Positions 9,916 to 20,717 of a DNA stretch of 64,000 bases are shown here, piece by piece. The stretch lies in contig OY970399.1 of assembly GCA_963720545.1 (NCBI GenBank), positions 640,001 through 704,000 of the forward strand. The letters are read 5' to 3'. The position numbers and the translations under genes are program-made. The notes below the pieces were generated by a model. The model saw only the letters and a list, made by a program, of their open reading frames with translations, searched no databases and had not been told where the DNA came from. This DNA is from an uncultured Acidobacteriota bacterium. GTDB lineage: Bacteria; Acidobacteriota; Vicinamibacteria; Fen-336. Position 1 is the first letter of the stretch. Each line of letters begins with the position of its first letter.

Positions 9916-10547
9916 GGTGTTGCCGGAGCCTCGGCTGCGTCTACCGCCATGAGCGAGAGGTCGGCGGGGAGCGGGCGCGAAAGATCCACGTGCCCACCGA
10001 GGGTGAGCGTTGGGGACGACTCCACCAGAATCTGCACTCTCTTGAGGGACGGAAAGCTGCTGATGAGCGAATTGACGAGGGAGTATACCGTAAGCAATTC
10101 GCCGTCCGTCCCGCGGCCTGGCGCCGCCGCTTCCTTCGACAGATTGACGATCGCGACGCCGCGCGGCGTGACGAAAGCGTCGAGCACTTTGGCGCCGGCC
10201 GGGAACGTCGGCCGCAGCTCGGCCTGGCCTTGCGGACCGGCGAGCACCGCCTCGGCAGCGAGCCGCACCGCGTGCGACAGGTCGGGCGCCGGCGCCAGCG
10301 CCCGCTCCTCGATCAGCAGGCCCGGGCGATCGCTGGCCGCCGAGAGAAAGAAGAGGCGCGCGGTGGTCGGGGCGCTTGCGGCGGGCGCGGGTTCGGCCGC
10401 CTCGTCGTACTCGCCGGGGGTGGCGCCGCCGGCCGGCGTGCGCAGCAGCCCCGACCAGAAGGGCGCCGACAAGGTGACGAGCAGGAAAAGCGCGAGGAGC
10501 GCCGCCGCCGTCACGAAAATCCTGCCGCGCGGCTCGCTCTCGTTCAC
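9912..10547 (-). CDS. GerMN domain-containing membrane-anchored protein
   Basis: N-terminal TM helix; LLTVYSLVNSL...VQILVE...TLGGHVDLSRPL; directly follows the amidase with GTGA overlap. Confidence 0.85.
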   Translation of the reverse strand: MNESEPRGRIFVTAAALLALFLLVTLSAPFWSGLLRTPAGGATPGEYDEAAEPAPAASAPTTARLFFLSAASDRPGLLIEERALAPAPDLSHAVRLAAEAVLAGPQGQAELRPTFPAGAKVLDAFVTPRGVAIVNLSKEAAAPGRGTDGELLTVYSLVNSLISSFPSLKRVQILVESSPTLTLGGHVDLSRPLPADLSLMAVDAAEAPATP

Positions 10548-11959
10548 GGCTGGCGCTCCACCGGTGAGTAGCGTGACAGCACGGCCACCAGCGCCGAGAT
10601 CACGGCCTGCTGGCCGGCATCGCTCGCGAGGCGCGCTGCGTCCTTCGGGTCGTCGAGGCAACCGAGTTCGATGAGCACGGCCGGCATCGCGGCGCCGGCC
10701 AGCACCCGCAGCGCCGCCGCGCGCGGCGCCGGCTGGCCCTGGCCCATGGCGCTCACGAGCCGCGTCTGCAGCTCGGCCGCGAGCGGCGCGGCGATCGCCA
10801 GGTTCGGCGCCTGCGCCGCGGACCAGGTCTCGAGCCCGGCAACCGGCGGTTGTGTCTGCGGCAGGATCTCCTCGATGATCGAGCGCGTGTAGACGCGCGG
10901 ACCGGGCCAACCGCCGGACTGTCTGGAACCGGCGTGCAACGACACGAACAACTGCGCCTTGAAGTTGTTGGCGATGCCGGGGCGCGCGTCGAGCTCGACG
11001 TCCTCGTCCTTTTCGCGGGTCAGCACCACCTGCAGTCCCAGCCCCGAGGTGAGGCTCGCGCGCAGCTGCTGTGCGAAGCGCAGCACGATCGCCTTTTCGG
11101 TGACGCCTCCGGGGCCGAGCGCGCCGCTGTCGGCGCCGCCGTGGCCCGGATCGATGACGATCGTGCGCAGCCCCGCGCCCGCGGGTCGCGCCGGCACGGC
11201 GCCTGCCACGGGTCCGGGCTCCACCGCGCTGGCGCTGAAGTTCAGGACCAGACGCCGCCCAGAGTCCGGTTCGGACGCGCGCACGTCGAGGAAGCGCGGG
11301 CCGAGCGTCATGACGAGCGAGGTCTCGGTGCCCTGGACGAGCCGCACCGCCTCGAGGATGTCGCCGGTCGAAGCCGACGAGGCGCGCATGTCCACATCGA
11401 CCACGGCGTCGCCGAACGAAACGACCACCGAGTCCTCGGGCCGCGTCATGTGGAACGCCACCGGCGAGCTGGCGTCGAGCGTGATGTCGACGCCGTCCGG
11501 CGTGACCATCTGGCCAATCGTTACGCGCGGCACCGGCGGGTTGCCGATGAGCAGCGCGCGCTGCGCGGGGCGGTACCGCACGGGGATCTGCAGCAGCGGC
11601 CCGAACAGCGGCTCGAGCGAGTCGGCCGGCACCCACCAGTCGCCAGCCTCGAAGGCGCAAGGTGCCGACAACAGCGTCATCTGGCCGGCGGTCGACGCCA
11701 CGTTCTTGCGATCGGAGACGACCAGCTCGCGGTCGCCCCAGGTGAGGCGCAGCGAAGAGCCTTCGGCTCGCGGGCTGAGCCTGAGCTTGTCGGCCAGAGC
11801 CCGCAGCGCCACCCAGTCGGCGCGGCCGCGCGGCTGCGCCGGCACCTCGAAGCGATCGGTCGCGGTCAGGACCAGGAGCGAGGTGCGGGCGGCGAACCCG
11901 GATGCGGCGGCGCCGAGGCACGCGAGTGCTGTGGCCAGGGTGCGGACCGCACGGCTCAT
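10544..11959 (-). CDS. N-acetylmuramoyl-L-alanine amidase (Amidase_3)
   Basis: Signal peptide; IVIDPGHGG..EK, FVSLHA, AVLIELG zinc/catalytic motifs; ATG 11959 overlaps cupin stop. Confidence 0.92.
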   Translation of the reverse strand: MSRAVRTLATALACLGAAASGFAARTSLLVLTATDRFEVPAQPRGRADWVALRALADKLRLSPRAEGSSLRLTWGDRELVVSDRKNVASTAGQMTLLSAPCAFEAGDWWVPADSLEPLFGPLLQIPVRYRPAQRALLIGNPPVPRVTIGQMVTPDGVDITLDASSPVAFHMTRPEDSVVVSFGDAVVDVDMRASSASTGDILEAVRLVQGTETSLVMTLGPRFLDVRASEPDSGRRLVLNFSASAVEPGPVAGAVPARPAGAGLRTIVIDPGHGGADSGALGPGGVTEKAIVLRFAQQLRASLTSGLGLQVVLTREKDEDVELDARPGIANNFKAQLFVSLHAGSRQSGGWPGPRVYTRSIIEEILPQTQPPVAGLETWSAAQAPNLAIAAPLAAELQTRLVSAMGQGQPAPRAAALRVLAGAAMPAVLIELGCLDDPKDAARLASDAGQQAVISALVAVLSRYSPVERQP

Positions 11960-12312
11960 TCGTCGCGGTTGACGGTCGCGGGACTGAAGGCGGGCACGCA
12001 GACGGCCAGGTACTCGGCGCCTTCGGGGGTGCTGTAGCGAACCCATTCGCCGGGCTTGGTCCAGATCGCCTGGCCCTCCTGCACGTCGATCACGCCGCCC
12101 TCGTGCTCGACGCGAACCATGCCGGCGAGCACCAGCGTGTACTCGCTGAACTCGGGGCGTTGCCCGGGCTCGACCCAGCCGGCGGGTGCTCGCATGCGGG
12201 CGACGCTGACCGATTCGGTCGTGGTCGAGATCCGGCCGACGAATTCTTCGATGATCTTGGGAGGCGTGCCTGCCGCGGGGATGGTGATGGGTGCGGCGAT
12301 CAGTCTCGGCAT
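11956..12312 (-). CDS. Cupin domain protein
   Basis: GWVEPGQRPEFSEYTLVLAG...GEWVRYSTPEGAEYLAVC. Confidence 0.85.
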   Translation of the reverse strand: MPRLIAAPITIPAAGTPPKIIEEFVGRISTTTESVSVARMRAPAGWVEPGQRPEFSEYTLVLAGMVRVEHEGGVIDVQEGQAIWTKPGEWVRYSTPEGAEYLAVCVPAFSPATVNRDE

Positions 12313-12332
12313 GCCTGTTCAGCCTAGCGCAA

Positions 12333-12372
12333 TCCAAATGAAACGGCCCCGGGCCGTTGCAGGTCCCGGGGC
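12333..12372 (-). terminator. Rho-independent terminator after glycine-zipper gene
   Basis: GCCCCGGG...CCCGGGGC hairpin followed on the minus strand by CGTTTCATTT. Confidence 0.6.
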
Positions 12373-12395
12373 GCGCGCGCCTATGCCGAATTCGC

Positions 12396-12818
12396 TTACT
12401 TGTTGCGTGTGGCGATGTCGTAGACGACGCCGGCGACGCCGCCAACGACGGCACCCTTTTTCGCACCCTTGCCGCCGCCCAGGATGGCGCCAAGGCCCGC
12501 GCCGCCGGCAGCCGAACCGCCGATGATGGCGGCGCTCTTCTTCCACGAGCGCGTCTTCTTCACCTCGGTGCGGCGTACGGCCTGCGAGTCGTAACCGGGA
12601 TCGACGACGCGGTCGGCCGCTGCGTAGCGCGGGGCCGCGACGCGTGCGACGGGAACAGGAACCGGTGCCGTCTCGATGCTGGCATCGCCGAGCGCCGCCG
12701 GTGCAGCAGGCGCGACCGCGAGCTTCGACTGGTTGAACGTGAACGCGCCCGACTGCGCGAGCAACACCACGACCGCGACAGCCACCGCCCCAAGTGCACC
12801 ACCGAGAAAGGATTTCAT
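12396..12818 (-). CDS. Glycine-zipper membrane/secreted protein
   Basis: C-terminal IIGGSAAGGAGLGAILGGGKGAKKGAVVGGVAG; N-terminal hydrophobic helix; GGAGG SD. Confidence 0.8.
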   Translation of the reverse strand: MKSFLGGALGAVAVAVVVLLAQSGAFTFNQSKLAVAPAAPAALGDASIETAPVPVPVARVAAPRYAAADRVVDPGYDSQAVRRTEVKKTRSWKKSAAIIGGSAAGGAGLGAILGGGKGAKKGAVVGGVAGVVYDIATRNK

Positions 12819-12858
12819 GATCGACCTCCGCTTCCTGATTTGCTTGGCAGCACCAGAG

Positions 12859-12873
12859 GCAATGGTCGTGCCA
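12859..12873 (-). promoter_or_regulatory. Sigma-54 (-24/-12) promoter for glycine-zipper gene
   Basis: Minus strand reads TGGCAC-GACCA-TTGC, an exact consensus match about 40 nt upstream of the ATG. Confidence 0.75.
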
Positions 12874-12961
12874 CGCGGGCCGCGGCATTGCGGTTCAGGC
12901 AGTTACACAAGGCCGCGTGACGCAGCTCACGACGCCGCGTCGTCGCCCGCCGAGGACAGGA

Positions 12962-13612
12962 CTAGCGCGATTCGGGGAAAAGGAGGTCGAGGTGCGTGCG
13001 GAACATGCCCTCAACGTCGAGCGGGATGTCCTTGCCGAAGAGGCCGGTCCAGATGATGCCGACGATCACCGGGGCGATCATGAGCTGCGGGTAGCGGACG
13101 AGGGCGCCGTTTGCTAGCTCGCCGTTGCGCGCCGCCGCGTTCAGCATCGCGACGAAGCGCGCCAGCATGGGTTCGAGCACGGTCTTGCGGTAGGCGTCCG
13201 CGAGCCCGGGGAAGCGCACGCCGTCACCCACCAGCAGCCTGACGATGTCGCCGCGGCTCGAGGTGGCGGCCGCCGCCGCCATCGGCGGCAGGGTGCGTTT
13301 CAGGAAATCGCCGATCCGTTCGCCAGGCCGCAGCTCCGTGGGCTTCACCGTGGCGAGCGGCAGCGCGACGAAGTCGAGGACCAGCCCCTGGAAGAGCGCC
13401 TGCTTGTCCTTGAAATAGAGGTAGAGCGTGCCCTTCCCGACCTTTGCGCGGCGCGCCACGTCTTCCATGCGTGCGGCGGCGAAGCCTCTGGCCGTGAACT
13501 CGGCGAGCGCCGCCGCGAGGATCGCCTCACGCTTGCGGGCGGTTTCCATGGCGCGCGGGCTGCTCACCGCCCGGGGTTTCACGGACTTCCTTGTCTTTTT
13601 CGGTTTCTGCAT
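12962..13612 (-). CDS. TetR/AcrR family transcriptional regulator
   Basis: REAILAAALAEF..RGFAAARMEDVARRAKVGKGTLYLYFKDKQALF; divergent from efflux operon. Confidence 0.95.
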   Translation of the reverse strand: MQKPKKTRKSVKPRAVSSPRAMETARKREAILAAALAEFTARGFAAARMEDVARRAKVGKGTLYLYFKDKQALFQGLVLDFVALPLATVKPTELRPGERIGDFLKRTLPPMAAAAATSSRGDIVRLLVGDGVRFPGLADAYRKTVLEPMLARFVAMLNAAARNGELANGALVRYPQLMIAPVIVGIIWTGLFGKDIPLDVEGMFRTHLDLLFPESR

Positions 13613-13619
13613 CTCGCTC

Positions 13620-13649
13620 TTGACAATACTGACTGGTCAGTCATATATT
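13620..13649 (+). promoter_or_regulatory. Sigma-70 promoter of efflux operon with palindromic TetR operator in the spacer
   Basis: TTGACA (13620-25), 18 nt, TATATT (13644-49); inverted repeat TGACTG-GT-CAGTCA at 13630-13643. Confidence 0.8.
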
Positions 13650-13698
13650 CCCACGCTGTAGCCAGCGCGTCAAGAAAGAAACAACGGAGCCTCTGCAA

Positions 13699-14721
13699 AT
13701 GCACAAGCGAATCGTCCCGGTTGTCGTCCTGCTGGTGGTTGCCGCCGCGGGCACCTGGTGGTGGCTCAAGACGAGGCACCGCCCCGAAGGCGAGCTGGTC
13801 CTCTACGGCAACGTGGACCTGCGCCAGGTCTCGCTTGCATTCGCCGACAGCGAGCGCATCGCCGCGGTGCTGGTGCAGGAGGGCGACGCGGTCAAGGCCG
13901 GCCAGACGGTCGCACGCCTCGACACCGGGCGCATCGAGCCCCGCCTGGCGCGTGCCGACGCAGCCGCCGCTGCGCAAACGGAAGCGCTGCGGCGGCTGCG
14001 GCACGGCAGCCGGCCCGAGGAAATATCGCAGGCGCGGGCGGGTGTGGCCGCCGCCGAAGCGGAGCTCGAGAATGCGCGCCAGCAGCACCAGCGTCTTGTC
14101 GGCATCGAGAGGACCACGAGCGGCCGCGCGGTGAGCGACAAGGACATCGAAGGCGCGACCGCCGCGCTGCGCACCGCGCAGGCGCGTCTCGACAGCGCGC
14201 GCCAGGCGCTCGACCTTGCGGTCCAGGGTCCGCGAACCGAAGACATCGCGGAGGCCAAGGCGCAGCTGGACGCAGCCGCGGCGGATGCGGCATTGCTGCG
14301 CCGCCAGCTGAGCGACGCCGACCTCGTCTCCCCCGTCAACGCGGTCGTCCGCAGCCGACTCATGGAGCCCGGAGAAATGGCGTCGGCGCAGCGGCCTGTG
14401 CTGTCGCTCGCGGTGACCGACCCGAAGTGGGTGCGGGCTTACGTCGCGGAAACCGCGCTTGGCAAGGTGCAGGCGGGAACCAGGGCCGCCGTTTCGGTGG
14501 ACAGTTTCCCGAACGAAAGCTTCGCAGGCTGGGTCGGCTTCCTGTCCTCGGTCGCGGAGTTCACGCCGAAGACGGTACAGACCGAGGACCTGCGCACGAG
14601 CCTCGTGTACGAGGTGCGCATCTTCGTGAAGGATCCGCAGGACCGCCTGCGCCTCGGCATGCCGGCGACCGTGCGCTTCACCGACCAGGCGCCAGAACCG
14701 AAGCAGCCGGCCGGACACTGA
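13699..14721 (+). CDS. HlyD family membrane fusion protein (YbhG-like)
   Basis: LYGNVDLRQVSLAF, EGDAVKAGQ, AEFTPKTVQTEDLRTSLVY. Confidence 0.93.
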   Translation: MHKRIVPVVVLLVVAAAGTWWWLKTRHRPEGELVLYGNVDLRQVSLAFADSERIAAVLVQEGDAVKAGQTVARLDTGRIEPRLARADAAAAAQTEALRRLRHGSRPEEISQARAGVAAAEAELENARQQHQRLVGIERTTSGRAVSDKDIEGATAALRTAQARLDSARQALDLAVQGPRTEDIAEAKAQLDAAAADAALLRRQLSDADLVSPVNAVVRSRLMEPGEMASAQRPVLSLAVTDPKWVRAYVAETALGKVQAGTRAAVSVDSFPNESFAGWVGFLSSVAEFTPKTVQTEDLRTSLVYEVRIFVKDPQDRLRLGMPATVRFTDQAPEPKQPAGH

Positions 14722-14723
14722 CG

Positions 14724-16477
<1,754 letters not shown>

Positions 16478-16481
<4 letters not shown>

Positions 16482-17601
16482 CCGGCACGCTGCGGCGCCT
16501 GCGCGCCCTCATCCGCAAGGAATCGCGCCAGCTGCTGCGCGACCGCAGCAACGTCGCGGTCGGCATCGTGCTGCCGCTGTTCCTGATCGTGTGCTTCGGC
16601 TACGGCCTGTCGCTCGACGTGAAGGACGTGCCGATCGCGGTGGTCCTGGAGGACACCTCGCCCACCGCCGCCGACGTGCTCGCGGGACTGTGGCTGTCGC
16701 CCTACCTGAAGCCCGTCGCCATGCGCTCGATGCGCGACGCCGAGGCGCTGATGCTGGCGCGGCGCAGTCGACGGCATCGTGCGCATCCCGCCCGACTTCG
16801 CGCGCACGCTCGCGGCCGGCCACGGCCGCATCCAGGTGCTGGTGCACGGCACCGACGCGAACCGCGCGCGCATCATCGGCCGCTACGTACAGGGTGCGGT
16901 GGCGCAATGGCTCGCGCGCCGCTCGTCCGAAGGCTTCGCGCGGCCGACGGCCGGCGTGGCGGTGCTCGAGACACGGCAGTGGTTCAACGAAGCCAACGAA
17001 AGCCGCTACTTCCTGGTGCCCGGGCTGATCGTCCTGGTCATGACCCTGATCGGCGCGTTGCTCACCGCGCTGGTGATGGCGCGCGAATGGGAACGCGGCA
17101 CGCTCGAGGCGCTGTTCGTCACGCCGGTGCGCGCCATCGAGATCCTGCTCGGCAAGCTCGTGCCCTACTTCGTGCGTCGGGCTCATCGGCCTCGCCTTGT
17201 GCCTGCTCGCGGGCGTCTTCTTGTTCGGCGTGCCGCTGCGCGGCTCGATCCTGGTCCTGGTCTTCGCCTCGATGCTGTACCTGCTGGTCGCGCTCGGCTT
17301 CGGGCTGCTGATCTCCTCCGCGGTCAAGAACCAGTTCCTCGCGAGCCAGCTGGCACTGGTCACCAGCTTCATGCCGGCGCTGATGCTGTCGGGGTTCCTG
17401 TTCGACCTCAACGGCGTGCCGGGGTTCGTGCGCGCGGTCTCGACCATCCTGCCGGCGCGCTACTTCGTGGAACTGCTGCAGACGCTGTTCCTCGCGGGCA
17501 ACGTCTGGCCGCTGATCCTCAAGGACTGCGCGGTGCTCGCCTTCGCCGCCCTGGTGCTGTTGGGACTCGCGCGCGCCGCCACCCAGAAGAGGCTCGACTG
17601 A
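16478..17601 (+). CDS. ABC-2 permease (YbhS-like), two apparent +1 frameshifts
   Basis: KESRQLLRD..FGYGLSLDV, VHGTDAN, AREWERGTLEALFVTPV, LSGFLFD; extra bases near 16766 and 17175. Confidence 0.88.
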
Positions 17602-18719
17602 TGCGTGACACGTTGCGGCGCATCGGCATCCTGTTCCGCAAGGAGATGCTCACGATCTTCAAGGATCCGCGCAGCCGCGTGATCCTGATCGGGCCGGCGA
17701 TCGTGCAGGCGCTGATCTTCGGCTACGCGGCGACCTACGACCTCAACAACGTCGCCTACGCGCTGCTCGACCAGGACCGCACCGCCGCGTCGCAGGAGCT
17801 CGCCGCCCGGCTTGCAGCCTCGCCCACCTTCCATTTGGTGGCGGTGCTCGACGAGCCGCGGCAGATCGCGGCCATCATCAACGAGAAGCGGGCGTTGCTG
17901 GTGGTGCAGATCGGGCCCAACTTCGAGCGCGACCTGGAAGCCGGGCGCAGCGTGCCGGTGCAGGTGGTGGTGGACGGCCGCAACAGCAACACCGCGGGCA
18001 CCGCCACCGGCTACATCGCGACGCTCCTCGAGTCTTTCAATGCGCTGCGTCGCGCCGATCTGGGCGGCGCCGATCCGCCTTTGGCGCTCGAGCAGCGCGC
18101 CTGGTACAACCCCAACCTCGAGACGCGCTGGAACATGATGCCGGGGATGATCGCGGCGCTCAGCATGCTGCAGACGTTGCTGCTCACGGCGTTGTCGGTT
18201 GCCCGCGAGCGCGAACAGGGCACGTTCGACCAGCTGCTGGTGACGCCGCTGCGTCCGGGCGAGATCATGGCCGGCAAGGCGCTGCCGTCGATCTTCATCG
18301 GCCTGCTGCAGTCGACGCTGGTGCTGCTGGTCGCGATCTTCTGGTTCCACATCCCGTTTGCCGGATCGCTGCTCGTGCTCTACACCGGCCTGGTCCTGTT
18401 CGTCACCGCTACGGTCGGCATCGGCCTCGCGATTTCCGCGCTTTCCGCCAACATGCAGCAGGCCATGCTGTTCACGTTCGTTCTGGTGGTGCCGCTGATG
18501 CTGCTCTCCGGGCTCACCACCTCGATCAAGAGCATGCCGCTGCCGATGCAGTACGCGACGCTCGTCAACCCGCTGCGCTACGCGGTGGACCTGGTGCAGC
18601 GCGTCTACCTCGAGGGAGTCGGCATGTCGTGGGTGGCCGGCGACCTCTGGCCGCTCGTCCTCATGGCCGCGGTCACGCTGCCGACCGCCGCGTGGCTGTT
18701 CCGCAACCGTCTCGTCTAA
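17601..18719 (+). CDS. ABC-2 permease (YbhR-like)
   Basis: FGYAATYDL, VDGRNSNTA, SVAREREQGTFDQLLVTP; TGATG overlap. Confidence 0.93.
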   Translation: MRDTLRRIGILFRKEMLTIFKDPRSRVILIGPAIVQALIFGYAATYDLNNVAYALLDQDRTAASQELAARLAASPTFHLVAVLDEPRQIAAIINEKRALLVVQIGPNFERDLEAGRSVPVQVVVDGRNSNTAGTATGYIATLLESFNALRRADLGGADPPLALEQRAWYNPNLETRWNMMPGMIAALSMLQTLLLTALSVAREREQGTFDQLLVTPLRPGEIMAGKALPSIFIGLLQSTLVLLVAIFWFHIPFAGSLLVLYTGLVLFVTATVGIGLAISALSANMQQAMLFTFVLVVPLMLLSGLTTSIKSMPLPMQYATLVNPLRYAVDLVQRVYLEGVGMSWVAGDLWPLVLMAAVTLPTAAWLFRNRLV

Positions 18720-18735
18720 ACAAGGAGTCGTCGTG

Positions 18736-20259
18736 ATGCGTGTTTCCAGAGGTTCCGTAGTGTTGACGGTGGCAGCGATGGCGGCCGCCAGCGCCTTGTC
18801 GCCGGCGTGCGTGTCCGGTCCGCAGTTCGTGAAACCGGCCGCCGAGGCGCCGACCGCCTGGCGTTCACCGGCACCCGCGTCATCGCCGGTGGCCAGCGTC
18901 GCGGTGAGCGACGCGCCCGACCCGAAATGGTGGCGAGCGCTCGGCGATCCCACCCTCGACGCGCTCGAAGAGCGCGCTGCGGCGGCCAACCTCGACTTGC
19001 AGGAAGCTGCGCTGCGCCTGGCGCAAAGCCGCGTGCAGCGGCGGGTCGCGGGCGCCGAAGGCAAGCCCCGCCTGGATGCCAGCGCCTCGTACCAGCGCGA
19101 GCGCCAAAGCGAAGTGGGGGTCGGCACGCGCGTCATCGACGTGATCCCGGTGCCCGGCAAGGATGAGATCATCCGGGCGCTGAGCGAACCGTACAGCGTC
19201 TTCCAGGCCGGCTTCGACGCGTCGTGGGAGCTCGACCTGTTCGGGCGCGTGAAGCGCACGCTCGAAGCGGCCGATGCACGCACCCAGGCATCGGCCGAGA
19301 ATGCGCGCGACATCGCGCGGCTGATCGGCGCCGAGGTAGCACGCCGCTACGTCGAACTGCGCGGCACCCAGGCGTTGCTGGTGCTCGCACGCAGCGACGA
19401 GCAAGCGGCCGGCGAGCTCCTCGAGCTGACGCGCCAGCGCGCCGATGCGGGCCTCGTCACCGACCTCGACGTCACTCGGCAGCGCTCACTGCTCGCCGAG
19501 GTGCGCGCGCGCCTGCCGCAGCTCGAGGCGGCCGAGGACGAGGCGCTCAACAAGCTGGCGCTGCTGCTCGCGGCACAGCCGGGAACGCTGTCGCAGGAGC
19601 TGCGGGAACCCGCCGCGGTGCCGCTGGTGCCCGCGCGCGTGCCCGTGGGCCTGCCGTCGGACGTGGTGCGTCGGCGGCCCGACGTCCGCCAGGCCGAGGC
19701 GCGGCTGCACGCCGCGACGGCCGACATCGGCATCGCCATGGCCGACCTCTACCCGCGCATCAGCCTGGGCGGCAACGCCGGGTTGCAGTCGCTCGGCGCC
19801 GGCGACCTCGTCGACTGGGGTGCCCGCGGCTGGAGCATCGGCCCGTTCCTCAAGCTGCCGCTCTTCGACGGCGGAAGGCGCAAGGCAACCGTCGAGCTGC
19901 GCAAGGTGCAGCAGCAGGAGGCCGCCATCGCTTTCCGCAAGGCGGTGCTCGTCGCCTTCCATGAAGTTGACGATGCGCTCACCGGTTATGGCGCCGAGCA
20001 GCGCCGCCGCGAGCTCCTCGCCGAGGGCGTCTCGTCGGGCGAGGCGGCTTACGAGCTGGCGCGGACTCGCTACGAGCATGGCCTCACCGACTCGCTCGCG
20101 GCGCTCGAGGCCCAGCACAACCTCATCGCCAGCAGACGTGCCTGGGTCGAGAGCGGCACCGCCGTGGCGGTGCGCTTCGTCGCGCTCAACAAGGCCCTGG
20201 GCGGCGGTTGGGAGGCGCCGCAGGAAGACGGAACCGCCGTGGCCGGGGTGGTAAACTGA
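18736..20259 (+). CDS. Outer membrane efflux lipoprotein (NodT/TolC family)
   Basis: Lipobox-like LSPAC; WWRALGDPTL, ASWELDLFG, GLPSDVVRRRPDVRQAE, KALGGGW; AAGGAG SD. Confidence 0.93.
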   Translation: MRVSRGSVVLTVAAMAAASALSPACVSGPQFVKPAAEAPTAWRSPAPASSPVASVAVSDAPDPKWWRALGDPTLDALEERAAAANLDLQEAALRLAQSRVQRRVAGAEGKPRLDASASYQRERQSEVGVGTRVIDVIPVPGKDEIIRALSEPYSVFQAGFDASWELDLFGRVKRTLEAADARTQASAENARDIARLIGAEVARRYVELRGTQALLVLARSDEQAAGELLELTRQRADAGLVTDLDVTRQRSLLAEVRARLPQLEAAEDEALNKLALLLAAQPGTLSQELREPAAVPLVPARVPVGLPSDVVRRRPDVRQAEARLHAATADIGIAMADLYPRISLGGNAGLQSLGAGDLVDWGARGWSIGPFLKLPLFDGGRRKATVELRKVQQQEAAIAFRKAVLVAFHEVDDALTGYGAEQRRRELLAEGVSSGEAAYELARTRYEHGLTDSLAALEAQHNLIASRRAWVESGTAVAVRFVALNKALGGGWEAPQEDGTAVAGVVN

Positions 20260-20281
20260 GGTTCGCATCTGTCGTGTTCGT

Positions 20282-20641
20282 GGGGGCGCACCGGTTTCGA
20301 CGGGACCATCGACCCCGATAGACGCAGGCCGAGCGTGTCTACCGGCTCGATAATTCGGTGGAAAAGTCACACCTGCCAACGACAACTTGGCACTGGCCGC
20401 CTAACTAAACCTTAGGTAGCCCGCTTCCCTCTCCTGCGCCCGCCGGGGGAGACGAAGCGTCACTTAGTGGGCTGGTCCCAAGTCCTCGGTCCGGGGATGG
20501 AAGGACGAGATCAATCGGACTAGCCGCCGCCGGTTTTGTCCGGCCTTCACGGCGACGGCGAAATACCAGGCCGGACTAAGCCTGTAGGGTCTAGCGTAGG
20601 CGCGGTTCCGGACGCGGGTTCGATTCCCGCCGCCTCCACCA
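20282..20641 (+). ncRNA. ssrA: tmRNA, tag peptide ANDNLALAA (20375-20404)
   Basis: 5' GGGGGCG...GGTTTCGAC; 3' T-arm GCGGGTTCGATTCCCGC and CGCCTCCACCA; tag ORF ends ALAA-TAA. Confidence 0.97.
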
Positions 20642-20680
20642 TTTCGCGATGGCGCCGTGGCGCAGGATGAAGACGTTAGT

Positions 20681-20708
20681 GGAACTTCATCCGCGGCTCC
20701 TCGTCTAA
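20681..20708 (+). promoter_or_regulatory. RpoE-type ECF promoter
   Basis: GGAACTT-N16-TCTAA, 9 nt before ATG 20718. Confidence 0.7.
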
Positions 20709-20717
20709 CCGGTCCAG

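Noticed and set aside
10544..12493. Apparent long N-terminal extensions or fusions in the ORF track (amidase, GerMN, ATPase, rph, RNase D, AKR)
   Set aside because: The extensions overlap upstream genes in another frame; better starts exist at stop/start overlaps or right after the upstream gene.
20642..20700. Island integrated at tmRNA
   Set aside because: No duplicate of the ssrA 3' end, no integrase, and downstream genes have host-like composition.
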